Shown here one piece after another: positions 11,261 to 21,756 of a DNA stretch of 64,000 nt. The DNA comes from Malacoraja senta (Eukaryota), in assembly GCA_038087875.1 (NCBI GenBank), contig CM075987.1, forward strand, positions 24,926,001 through 24,990,000. Direction: 5' to 3'. Made by a program: the position numbers and the translations under genes. Position 1 is the stretch's first letter; every line of letters begins with the position of its first letter. The notes below the pieces were generated by a model that searched no databases, was not told where the DNA came from, and saw only the letters and a list, made by a program, of their open reading frames with translations.

Positions 11261-12160
11261 CTGCACATCGGTGGGCGGCGTGACTCTCGTCAGCAGCGGC
11301 CTCTGCAGTCCGTCTGTCTTTTTATTATTTTTGTCTCCTTTTTATGTAGTTTTTTATTATTTTTTTTTGTCGGGGTATGTGTGGGGGGGGGGGTGGGGGT
11401 GGGGGTGGGGGTGGGGGTGGGGGTGGGGGGGGAAACTTTGAAATCTTTCCCCTGCATGGGAGACCCGACCTTTTCTTTGTCGGGTCTCCGTTGTCGTTGG
11501 GGCTGGGCAACGTGGAGCGGCCTCCAGCAGGAACGACCTGTGGCTCCAGTTGTGGAGCTGCGGACTACTCACCGTCGCGGGGCTGGCCGAGTCCGGAGCG
11601 GGTGGAGCTGTGGTGGAAACAATCGCTGCTGCTACTCGACCCCCGGAGATTCGGAGGCTACAACCGCGGGTCTGGCGGACGGCAACACTGGAAGCCCGCG
11701 GGTCCCCTGGTGGGAGACCGCTTTTCGGGGCTTCCGCAGCGGCGACTTCTCCCGCCCGAGTTGCGGGGTTGAAGAGCACCTGGAGCGGGGCTTTATCCCC
11801 CCGCGCGGCTTGGAATGGCCGCCGAACTTTGCGGGCGTGCGCCGGGGCTCTAACACCAAGACCCGGTGCGCGACCTTGCATCACCCGGCGTGGTTTTAAT
11901 GGCCGCGGGATAATCACCATCGCCCGCCGGGGGCTTTGACTTTGACTCTGACATCGGGGGGGGGAGTGCAGTGGAGAGATACATTTTGTTTTGCCTTCCA
12001 TCACAGCGTTGTGATGGATGTATGTGTAAATTGTGTTGTGTCTCGGGTCTTCTTCGTTTTGTAATGTATGGCTGCAGAAACGACATTCCGTTTGGACCTC
12101 AAGGGGTCCAAATGACAAATTTGTCCAAAAGACAAATAAATTGAATTGAATTGAATTGAA
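11261..12160 (+). mobile_element. GC-rich non-coding retroposon (type A)
   Basis: T-tract, (GGGGGT)n, 11-bp hairpin (11459-11489), CpG-rich body, 3' stem-loop, AATAAA and (TTGAA)n tail. Homologous to 29771-30607. Confidence 0.8.
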
Positions 12161-12539
12161 TCTTTCTAGCTTAACGGCACTTGTGTACTGCTTAGGTGTT
12201 GACTGCTACATGATTTTACCGGGTTCCTTACTGGGAGAAAGCAGGAACGTGATACTGATTGGGGATGATCAGCCATGATCACATTGAATGGTGGTAATGG
12301 CTTGAAGAGCCGAATGGCCTACTCCTGCACCTATTGTCTATTGTAAGCACAACAAAACGTTTCACTGTACCTAGGTACATGTGGCAAGCAAGTATACTAC
12401 AATGCAATACAATACAATACAATAATACTTTATTAGCCAAGTATGTTTTGCAACATACGAGGAATTTCATTTGCCAAGTATCGTTCATTCATTCATTCAT
12501 TATGATAGTGTTTTTGGTAGATTGAGAAGGTTTAGTTTT

Positions 12540-12830
12540 TTGTTTAGTTTAGAGCTACAGCGCGGAAACAGGCCCTTCGGCCCATCGAATCCGCACCGAC
12601 CACTGATCTCCGCACATTAACACTATATTCATACGCTGGGGACAATTTACAATTATCCCAATCCAATTAACCTACAAACCTGTACGTCTTTGGAGAGTGG
12701 GAGGAAACCGAAGATCTCGGAGAAAACCCACGGGGAGAAGGTGCAAACTCCGTACAGACAGCGCCGGTAGTCAGGATGGAACCCGGGTCTCTGGCACTGT
12801 AAGGCAGTAGCTCTACTGCTATGCCACCGT
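12540..12830 (-). mobile_element. HE1-type V-SINE
   Basis: Same consensus. Confidence 0.85.
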
Positions 12831-12984
12831 GGCCACAAAATGCTCATTTCTCCTGGTTTGCTGGCATTATTACTTGGGCAATTCATCCTCAGATCCACAA
12901 GATGCTCAGGCATCCTGGGGGATTGGAACCCCTCGGCACGTGTGGGAAGAGAAGTAGCCATGTGACCAAATAGTGGGAAAGGCC

Positions 12985-13632
12985 AAAGTGTTGGCCTTTA
13001 TAACAAGAGGAATCGAATATAGGAGCAAAGAGGTCCTTCTGCAGTTGTACAGAGCCCTAGTGAGACCACACCTGGAGTATTGTGTGCAGTTTTGGTCCCC
13101 TAATTTGAGGAAGGACATTCTTGCTATTGAGGGAGTGCAGCGTAGGTTTACAAGGTTAATTCCCGGGATGGCGGGACTGTTATATGCTGAGAGAATGGAG
13201 CAGCTGGGCTTGTACACTCTGGAGTTTAGAAGGATGAGAGGGGATCTTATTGAAACATATAAGATTGTTAAGGGCTTGGACACGCTAGAGGCAGGAAACA
13301 TATTCCCGATGTTGGGGGAGTCCAGAACCAGGGGCCACAGTTTAAGAATAAGGAGTAAGCCATTTAGAACGGAGACGAGGAAACACTTTTTCTCACAGAG
13401 AGTGGTGAGTCTGTGGAATTCTCTGCCTCAGAGGGCAGTGGAGGCAGGTTCTCTGGATGCGTTCAAGAGAGAACCAGATAGGGCTCTTAAAAATAGCGGA
13501 GTCAGGGGATATGGGTAGAAGGCAGGAACGGGGTACTGATTGGGGATGATCAGCCATGATCACATGGAATGGCGGTGTTGGCTCGAAGGGCCGAATGGCC
13601 TACTCCTGCACCTATTGTCTATTGTCTATTGA
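12985..13632 (+). mobile_element. CR1/HER1-type LINE 3' fragment
   Basis: LYRALVRPHLEYCVQFWSP..RGDLIETYK..WNSLP; (ATTGTCT)n tail. Confidence 0.93.
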
Positions 13633-14109
13633 ATAGTCCTCCAGAAGAGAAACAGTTAGCAGACTACGATCCGTGACATTTTACAAGGTAAAAGTAATCT
13701 CAAATCCGAATAAGGAAGAGAGTGCACGGAAAACAGATCAGGAGGCATTGAAGAACATAAGTATCTGGAGAAACAAAGAAACAGCAGATGCTGGTTTATA
13801 CCGAAGATGGACACAGTGCTGGAGTAACTCAGCGTGTCAGGCAGCATCTCTGGATAAAAATAATGGGTGTCGTTTCTGATTAGGAACCATTCTTCTGAAG
13901 AAGGGTCCCAATCCAAAACTTCACCTATCATGTTCTCCAGAGATGCTGCCTGACCCGCTGAGTTACTCCATAGAACAAGCATGTTGTGTCTATCTATAGT
14001 ATCTGGAGGCAGTGGGGTATGAAATGGGGTTGCATGGCCATTAGCGGGAGATCTGAATCAGGAATTTATCTGGAAATCTATTAAAGAGGAATAGAACCAG
14101 CAATACACC

Positions 14110-14460
14110 ATGTTTAAGAAAGAGCTGCAGATGCTGGAAAAATCGAAGCTAGACAAAAATGCTGGAGAAACTCAGCAGGTGAGGCAGCATCTATGGAGCG
14201 AAGGAAATAGGTGACGTTTTGGGTCGAGACCCTTCTTCAGACTGATGTGAGGGTGGGGGTGGGGGGGGGGGCGGGAAGAAGAAATGAAGAGCATTCCCAG
14301 CTCTTCCACAGCCCACTGTCTCCGCCTCTTCCTTTCTTCTTCCCGCCCTCCCCACCCCCACATCAGTCTGAAGAAGGGTCTCGACCCGAAACGTCACCTA
14401 TTCCTTCGCTCCATAGATGCTGCCTCACCCGCTGAGTTTCTCCAGCATTTTTGTCTACCT
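14110..14460. mobile_element. Penelope-like inverted pseudo-LTR pair
   Basis: Arms ~14150-14285 (-) and ~14325-14459 (+) are near-perfect reverse complements. Flanked by the 11-bp duplication agcaatacacc (14099-14109, 14461-14471). Confidence 0.88.
14361..14400 (+). ncRNA. Minimal type I hammerhead ribozyme core in a Penelope pLTR (representative intact copy)
   Basis: CTGAAGA (14368-14374), A, stem II GGGT-CTCG-ACCC, GAAAC, GTC cleavage triplet. ACGT palindrome in place of stem III. Stem I is very short. Confidence 0.65.
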
Positions 14461-14483
14461 AGCAATACACCGTTTTACTTCGG

Positions 14484-14545
14484 AGTCACGTGAGTGACTA
14501 CGTGAAGAAGACCCGTCAGGGCGCATGCGCGTCATTACGTCAGAC
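14484..14545 (+). promoter_or_regulatory. Putative promoter motifs in the DIRS left ITR
   Basis: E-box CACGTG (14487-14492), NRF1-type palindrome GCGCATGCGC (14521-14530, mirrored in the right ITR) and CRE-like TTACGTCA. Motif matches only. Confidence 0.35.
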
Positions 14546-14681
14546 GCATTGGCACTCACGGACGTGAGGAGCTCTCTAGTGGAATGTAGTTTTTACAACT
14601 CCAAGGTAAGTAAAACACTTCTTTGGAGGTTTGTAGGTCCGTTTGCTGTGGTGTTCCGTTGCGATTTTTTTCACAGGCAGC

Positions 14682-15960
14682 ATGAACAAAACGGGCAAGG
14701 GCAAGAGGCGAGCCGCAAAGCCGATAGAGAGCCGCGGGAATGCGGTTGGTGAAGGGCTGCCTCATACCCCTGTAACAGTCGCCGGCTGGGAGCGGGGCGA
14801 CTGTGGACTTGTGTATTTAGAAAAAGAACGGAGCCAGCGACAGTTGGGCGCTAGCCAACATGCAAGTCAGGTCCATGGAGCAAGAGTCAGTTTGAGATTC
14901 ACCTCCAAGGCTGGATACCACTTTCTGAGTGGATATTCCAAATGGAGAACCTGTACACAGGTTGCTCCAACAAGACATACTCCAGGAGGAGTGATGTCAG
15001 AGCCAGGCTGCAGAAGCCAGGTCAGCAGCACCTAGTAAAGGGCTGCTTGATAGCACCCTCATTGATGAGGCGCGTGCACAGGGTCAGCAGAGTTCTCCGA
15101 TACAAGCGAAGACGGCAGCTGCCAGATGTTCTATTTCTGGCAGTACGATTCGCTGCTCTGTGAGAGTTCTGACCCTGACTCTGACGGTGAGGCCGATACA
15201 AGCGAAGACGACAGCTGCCAGATGTTCTACTCCTGGCAGTACGATTCGCTGCCCCGTCTGAGTCAGGAGAGCCACTGGGAGAAGAAGTGGCCTCTACGAT
15301 CAACTATTTTGTCTTCCATCAGCTCCAGTAGCTTACGATGGATGAAAATGCCAAAAAAGCACGAGACCCCAAGGAACTGTGTATTGCTGAAAGTACTAGC
15401 AATGAACCAAGATATAAGGGGTCAGATGGGCGAGGGCATGTGAGCCTAAGAAATAAAACTGCAGAGAATATTGAACCTGCTGGGTTGAGGAACAACTGCA
15501 TTTTTGCAAGAACAATGGATGGAGGCCAGGGATGGAAATGCATCAAGAAGCACTAGGGTTGCTATGTAGCGCCCACTTCGAGATGAATTGTTTCAGGAAG
15601 TATGCCATTAGGCCCACCATCAACCCCAAGTTGCAGCAACTCTGTAAAGCCCAGCAATGTGCAGTCACTCAACTTACTCTTCGGAGAAAAAACCTCACGA
15701 AACGTGGGAAAGAGTTGGATGATGAGGCAAAAACAGCAAGGTTGATCAAAACATCGATGGTCGGCAAGTCTGTGAAGAGGAGGTATCCTTTCAGACATCA
15801 TACAGAATCCTGGGCCTACACCAGGAACAAGTCGACCATTGAAGCAGAGGCGCAGTTGGCGTCCTGCAGCGGGAACACGAAAAAGCGTGGGTTTTCCTGC
15901 CAGGAGCCAGGGACCACAGGTCACTCAGGTGACAAAGGAGGTAGGTGGACCTGGTTCTCA
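14682..15960 (+). pseudogene. DIRS ORF1 (gag-like) remnant
   Basis: ATG at 14682 (MNKTGKGKRR..). Fragment ALGLLCSAHFEMNCFRKYAIRPTINPKLQQLC resembles the helical region of DIRS ORF1. Broken by frameshifts and stops. Confidence 0.6.
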
Positions 15961-16139
15961 TGGGAACATATTAAGGCAAAAACAGCCAAATATTGGAAGC
16001 AAATTACTTCAGATTCATTATTCTGAGTATTATTCAAAGGTTTCGAATTGATTCGATCCAAATAGTGATTTGCCATCCAGCATGTTCCTAGCAGAACACT
16101 CCAATTTCACAAAAAGAAGTGATGGAAGTTCAAGCTGAA

Positions 16140-17725
16140 TTTGAAAACTTGTCTATAAACAAGTAATTGAAAGGTTGGTTTATCAAAACCACCAAATTGT
16201 GTTTGCATTTTCTCAACCTAAAAAAGTGAGGAGTATTTTAGATCTGACAAATCTTTAAAATTTTGTGAAGTATACACACTTCAAAATGGAGACTTTTAGA
16301 CTGCCAAACAACTTATTTCAAAAGATGTTATATGGCACCTATAGATCTGAAAGATGTATATTACTCAGTGTCTGTTCATTTGTAAGATAAAAATATTTGA
16401 AATTTATCTGAATGAAACAATTATGGCAATTCAAAGTTCTGTCCAATGGGTTAACTTCAGTTCCTAGAATTTCACTAAATTGGTAAAACCAATTTTGGGG
16501 CTAATTAGAGTCCAAGGACAGATGGTGATGGCTTAGCTGGAAGATGTCTTAATTAGGATGAACAAGATAATTAGTGAGTTATCTCTCTCAATTGTTCAAT
16601 CCACTTTTGAAAGTTTGGGGTTTAATTCATCCAGAGAAATCAAGGTCGCCACTTACAACAATTGATTATTTTAATTTCACAATTGATTCAATTGACATGG
16701 TAGTAATTTTACCCAGGGTAAAGGGTGGAGCTGATTGATGGTTGCATTCTGTTGAAAAAGCAACAATCTTCAATTAAGACAGGTGGCCAGCTTGCTAGGA
16801 AAATAAGTGTTATTTCCAGCACCAGCAACTACAGATGGCAAAAAGAAAAGGCACTAAGATGCATGGTGGCCATTTTGATAGGCCATGCAGTTAAACAACA
16901 AATGCTGCTTCTGATTTGCAGTGGTGGATTTAACATGTCTCCAGTAGTTCGAGCAAGATACTGATTGAACAGCCTTCCATAGTCTTACAGACTGATGTCA
17001 GTGCACTAGGATTGGTGCCACTGAAATGGTATCGATCTGTAGACAGATGGAATATGGAAGAGGCATTATTTTTTGCAGACATGGAGAATCAACGTTTTAC
17101 AGCTGTTGGAAGGCTTATGAGCTCCAAGCTTGTTGTTAATGCAACTAATCTGCATGTTCAGCTTCAAATTAACAATGCTACAGCAATGGCATGTATTAAT
17201 CGTATGGGTGGAATTAAGTCAGTGTCATGTGACAAATTGGCTAATCAAATCTGAACTTGGTGTGTTGACAAATATTTGGTTTCAGCTATTTATCTACCAG
17301 GTAGATTCAATATAGTAGCAGACACCAGGATATGGGAATTTCCATGATAACAAAGAATGGATGTTGAACCTTAAGATTTTAATGAAATAGTAGTCAGGTT
17401 TGGGAAGCCAGATACGACTTGTTTCCATCCAGACTCAATCACCAGTTACAGAGATATGTGTTATGGGAACTACATCGGGAGACAGTAGCGATTGATGCTT
17501 TCTCGCTACATTAAGGTGGTATGTTTTTATATGCATTTTCCATCATTTTGTTTCATAAACCGGTGTCTGCTTAAAATGAAGCGGGATGCTGCCTCTGGGG
17601 TACTGGTGGTACCGGACTGGTCTATGCAGCCATGGTTCCCTTTGATATTGGAATTAATGACACCGTTTCTGATAAAGGTTCCCAAAAGAAGGGATTTACT
17701 GGTGTATCTGATAATTGGAGAGTAA
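16140..17725 (+). pseudogene. DIRS reverse transcriptase / RNase H / methyltransferase-like remnant
   Basis: RT motifs HFKMETF, IDLKDVYYSV, NGLTSVPRI; the catalytic site reads A*LED at ~16531. RNase H motifs LQTDVSALG, NATAMACINRMGG, YLPGRFNIVAD. MT-like motif LVVPDWSMQPWFP. Many frameshifts. Confidence 0.88.
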
Positions 17726-17769
17726 CATCCGTTATATGCCTGTATGGATCTGTTAATTTGCTGGTTTTT

Positions 17770-18740
17770 AAAAGAGGATTGTCTGGGCATACTGTGGACA
17801 TGCTTACAGCAGTCTGGCGGAAGAGCACTCAAAAGCAGTACATTTGCAAATCTGAGGTTGTGACTCTGTAAATGCTGCTTTCCCATTATGTAAAGAATGG
17901 GAACATTTTCTATGTACAAAAGAATATTGAATGTTGTACGGCACATGTCTCAAGTGTCTTAAGTTTTCTCAACACTCTATTATGAGGGGTTGAGTTATAG
18001 TGCGATTTATTCAGCCAGAAGTACATTGTCCTCGTTTTTTATTGATGGGGTCGGAAAGACATCCTGTTGAGTCTCGTTCTTTCGTTTCCAGATTAATGAA
18101 AGGAATTTTAATTCTAGACCTTCTAAACCTAGGTATGGCAATCTGGAATATAGAGTGGTTTTAAGCTACTTCATCAATGGACTCTTGGTACGATTCTGAT
18201 TCTGGCCAAATTCAGCATGAAGGTAGTCATGCTTCTGGCATTTGTAACAAGCACCGAGAGTGCAGACATTACAAAAGTTACAGATACACAGGATGGAAGT
18301 ACCTCAGGATAATGTTATGTTTTACATTTATGACCTACTCAAATGAAATAGGGTCAGGTGTGACAGGATTCAAGAGTGTTTTATTAGCATATTCCATGGA
18401 TCCATGTCTATGTGTTAAGACATATTTGTTGCAATACATTGAGGCTACAAAGGTCTTATGAAATATGAAAACAAGATTGTTTATCATTCACGAAAAACCA
18501 TACAAGATAGTATCAGTTCAGACTATTTCAAGATGGTTAAAACAAGTCTTGGTTGCTGCAGGTGTGAACATTGATGTTTTTTACATCCCATTCGATTTAG
18601 CAGCAACATCGGCGGTCAGGGCGAAGGACGTCCCGTCGACTATATTCTCGCAGCCGCCGGGTGATCTAATAAGTTGGCGTTTCAACACTTTTACCATCGG
18701 CCTATTGCCAATACGGGGCTGTTTGCAGATACTATATTAA
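17770..18740 (+). pseudogene. DIRS tyrosine recombinase remnant
   Basis: WRKSTQKQY, GLSYSAIYSARS, LCVKTYLLQYIEAT, KPYKIVSVQTISRWLKQVL..AGV. The HSxR region near 18590 is disrupted. Confidence 0.88.
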
Positions 18741-18924
18741 GTTCTGCTTAAATTCCCCTGGGTTAAAGGGAATACTGTTAATTCTGTTATTCAAATAAAT
18801 GAATTACTGCATTTTTTCATGCAAATGTCATTAATGCATTATTGATTATTTCTCGTTCCGAGTCAATCAATGCAGTGAGAAGCCGGGATTTGAATCTGCG
18901 GCATGAAATCACAAAGCTTTAAAG

Positions 18925-19036
18925 TCTTCACGTAGTCACTGACGTGACTCCGAAGTAAAATAGTAAGATTAAACGAGAACTTACCATTTTGAAGTTTGAT
19001 CTTTATTTTATGAGGAGTTACGTTGGTGATTACGTG
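18925..19036. repeat. DIRS internal complementary region (ICR)
   Basis: 18925-18960 is the reverse complement of 14473-14508 (35/36). 18961-19036 is the reverse complement of 19191-19266 (75/76). Hand alignment. Confidence 0.95.
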
Positions 19037-19931
19037 CCCACCACGCCCAACCCTCTTTCATAAAGGTCAGCTGGAAGTTCTAAAATTGACTCGTTTTTAC
19101 TATGTTACTATGTTACTTCGTTATTGGTGTTTTGTGATTTCACACCGCTGCTTTGAAGATTGACGCGCATGCGCCCTGACGGGTCTTCTTCACGTAATCA
19201 CCAACGTAACTCCTCATAAAATAAAGATCAAACTTCAAACTGGTAAGTTCTCGTTTAATCTTACTATTCTCACTCTAGAGTATTTTGTTTAGTTTATCAC
19301 CCGGAGAAAATTCACGGGGAGAACGCACAAACTCCGTACAGACAGCACCCGCAGTCAGGATCAAACCCGAGTCTCTGACGCTGTAAGGCAGCAACTCTAC
19401 CGCTGCGCCACCGTGCCGGTATAAACAACAGCAATTGTTATATAAACAACAACATCTCATTATGAAGCAGCATCAATAACGTTGCAAATCCCTAGCCCGA
19501 TTCCTAAGCACAGTTTTCCTGAACTTGGTGTAACCCATGCGTAAGTTTACAGAATTTTAATTGCAAATCACTATCAGCATAATTAAATTTTCTACTGTCT
19601 GATGTTATCTTCCTCTAAGCCAGCCATGCTGCAAAATCTTCATGCCCCCAGGGTGAATCTACAAGTCTTATGACTTTGCGCTGATTATGCTTTGGGGAAG
19701 TTTCTAAGATGAATCTGGTCCACGCTGACCAGTGATCTCCGACACTAGCATTATCCTACACAGACTGGGGGACAATGTACAGTTTTTATCGAAGCCAATT
19801 AACCTACAAACCTGTACGTCTTTGGAGTGTGGGAGGAAACCGGAGCACCCGGAGGTGACGGGGAGAAAGTGCAAACTCCGTACAGACAAGCGCCCATAGT
19901 CAGGATGGAACCCGGGTCTCTGGCGCTTTAA

Positions 19932-20210
19932 AGACCCTGTCCCACGATGCGAGTTTACCCAAGAGCTCTCCCGAGTTTAAAAAAAAAAATCAGACTCGTG
20001 GTAAGTACGTAGCGGGTACGTCGGAGCTCGTGGATGTCTCGTAGCGGCTCGTAATGCTAACGGCAGGTACTCGGGAAACGCGGAAACTGTTGACGTTTTT
20101 TCAACGGTGTGAAAAATCTCCAAGAGTAAAAAAATACTCGTGATGAAGTACCACGAGTTTGATTTTTTTTTTAAACTCGGGAGAGCTCTGGTAACACGCA
20201 TCGTGGGGCT
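19932..20210. mobile_element. PIF/Harbinger-type MITE inserted in an HE1 SINE
   Basis: Long imperfect palindrome; TAA duplicated (19929-19931, 20211-20213); the SINE resumes correctly afterwards. Confidence 0.85.
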
Positions 20211-20887
20211 TAAGGCAGCAACTCTACCGCTGCGCCACCGCGCTGCCCCACTGCTTAGTGAAACTGAGTGCCTCCTGGTGCCCACTCAATGGAGAGCATC
20301 TAAAATAGAGTTCTTGCTCCCATGCATTTTGAACAGTTTTACAGTCTGTTCATATGGTTAACACAATCTGCTAAAATGTCAAATTAAAATAAGTTAATCA
20401 ATGTCAGTCATCTCCAAACACTGCTTTAATTGAAGGTAAATTAGATTCCAAAGAACAAGGGACTTTTTTAATTTCTGTTTTCTCGCACTATCTCTCCAAA
20501 ACTCATCATTTTTCATCAGCGTAATATCATGGCCTTTTCCAAAGAAAATGCCAGCCCTATTTTGATATTTAACTACTGGATCGTAAGGGAAGGTTTTAAA
20601 AGGAAAATTTCATGATTTGTTTTTTTTCCAGCTGGAATATAAGCTTGACATTTCCACGGCTGTTTGCAGTGAAAAGTCTGAGAATAGCTTATTTATGGAC
20701 AGTGAGAGGCTTGGGGACAAAGTGCATGGTTAATGGGAAGATTTTACAATCGATTATTTTATCCGATAACAGAACTGACTTTCTCTCGATGAGCAAAATC
20801 TCATAACTCGGCCAATATTAGTTTAGTTTAGAGATACAGCACGGAAACAGGCCCTTCGGCCCAACTTGCCCACAATGGCCAACATGT

Positions 20888-21756
20888 GTTAAAGAAGGAA
20901 CTGCAGATGCTGGAAAATCGAAGGTACACAAAAAAGCTGGAGAAACTCGGCGGTTGCAGCAGCATCTATGGGGCGAAGGAGATAGGCAATGTTTCGGGCC
21001 GAAACCCTTCTTCAGACTGATGGGGGGTGGGGGGAGGCGGGGAGAAGAAAGCAAAAAGGAGGAGGAGGAGCCCGAGGACTGAGGGAGAAGTAGGAAGGGG
21101 AGGAGACAGCAAGGGTTAACAGAATTGTGAGAATTCAATATTCATGCCACCAGGATGCAGACTCCCCAAGCAGAATATGAGGTGCTGTTCCTCCAATTTC
21201 CGGTGTTGCTCACTCTGGCCGTGGAGGAGGCCCAGGACAGAGAGGTCGGATACGGAATGGGAGGGGGAGTTGAAGTGCTGAGCCACCGGGAGGTCAGGTT
21301 GGTTAGTGCGGACCGAGCGGAGATGCTCGGCGAAACGATCGCCAAGCCTCACGGATATAGATCAGCTGACATCTAGAGCAGCGGATGCACTAGATGAGGT
21401 TGGAGGAGGTGCAGGTGAACCTCTGTCGCACCTGGAACGACTGCTTGGGTCCTTGAATGGAGTCGAGGGGGGAGGTAAAGCGACAAGTGTAGCATCTCTT
21501 GCGGTTGCAAGGGAAAGTGCCCGGGGAAGGGGTGGAGCGGGAGGGAAGGGAAAAATTGACAAGGGAGTTACGGAGGGAGCGGTCTTTGCAGAAGGCAGAC
21601 AGGGGGGGAGATGGGAAGATGTGGCGAGTGGTGGGGTCACGTTGGAGGTGGCGAAACTGACGTAGGACTATCTGTTGTATGTGCCGGCTAATGGGGTGAA
21701 AGGTGAGGACCAGGGGGACTCTGCCCTTGTTGCGAGTGGGGGGAGGGGGGGGGGGG
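20888..21756 (-). mobile_element. Penelope-like fragment (GIY-YIG and pLTR) inserted in a CR1 3' end
   Basis: Reverse-strand match to the 45270-46507 family; ORF RLGDRFAEHLRSVR..VAQHFN. Confidence 0.88.

Larger units (their letters stand above)
14473..19268 (+). mobile_element. Full-length DIRS1-like tyrosine-recombinase retrotransposon with degenerate ORFs
   Basis: Left ITR 14473-14534. Right ITR 19161-19196 is the exact reverse complement of 14499-14534. Internal complementary region (ICR) 18925-19036 pairs with both element ends. gag, RT, RNase H, MT and YR remnants lie in the canonical order. Confidence 0.95.

Noticed and set aside
11357..12118. 253-aa and overlapping ORFs on both strands, likewise at 7214-7703, 29630-30544 and 42731-43173
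   Set aside because: They result from stop-codon scarcity in GC-rich repeats; frames are not conserved between the two homologous copies.
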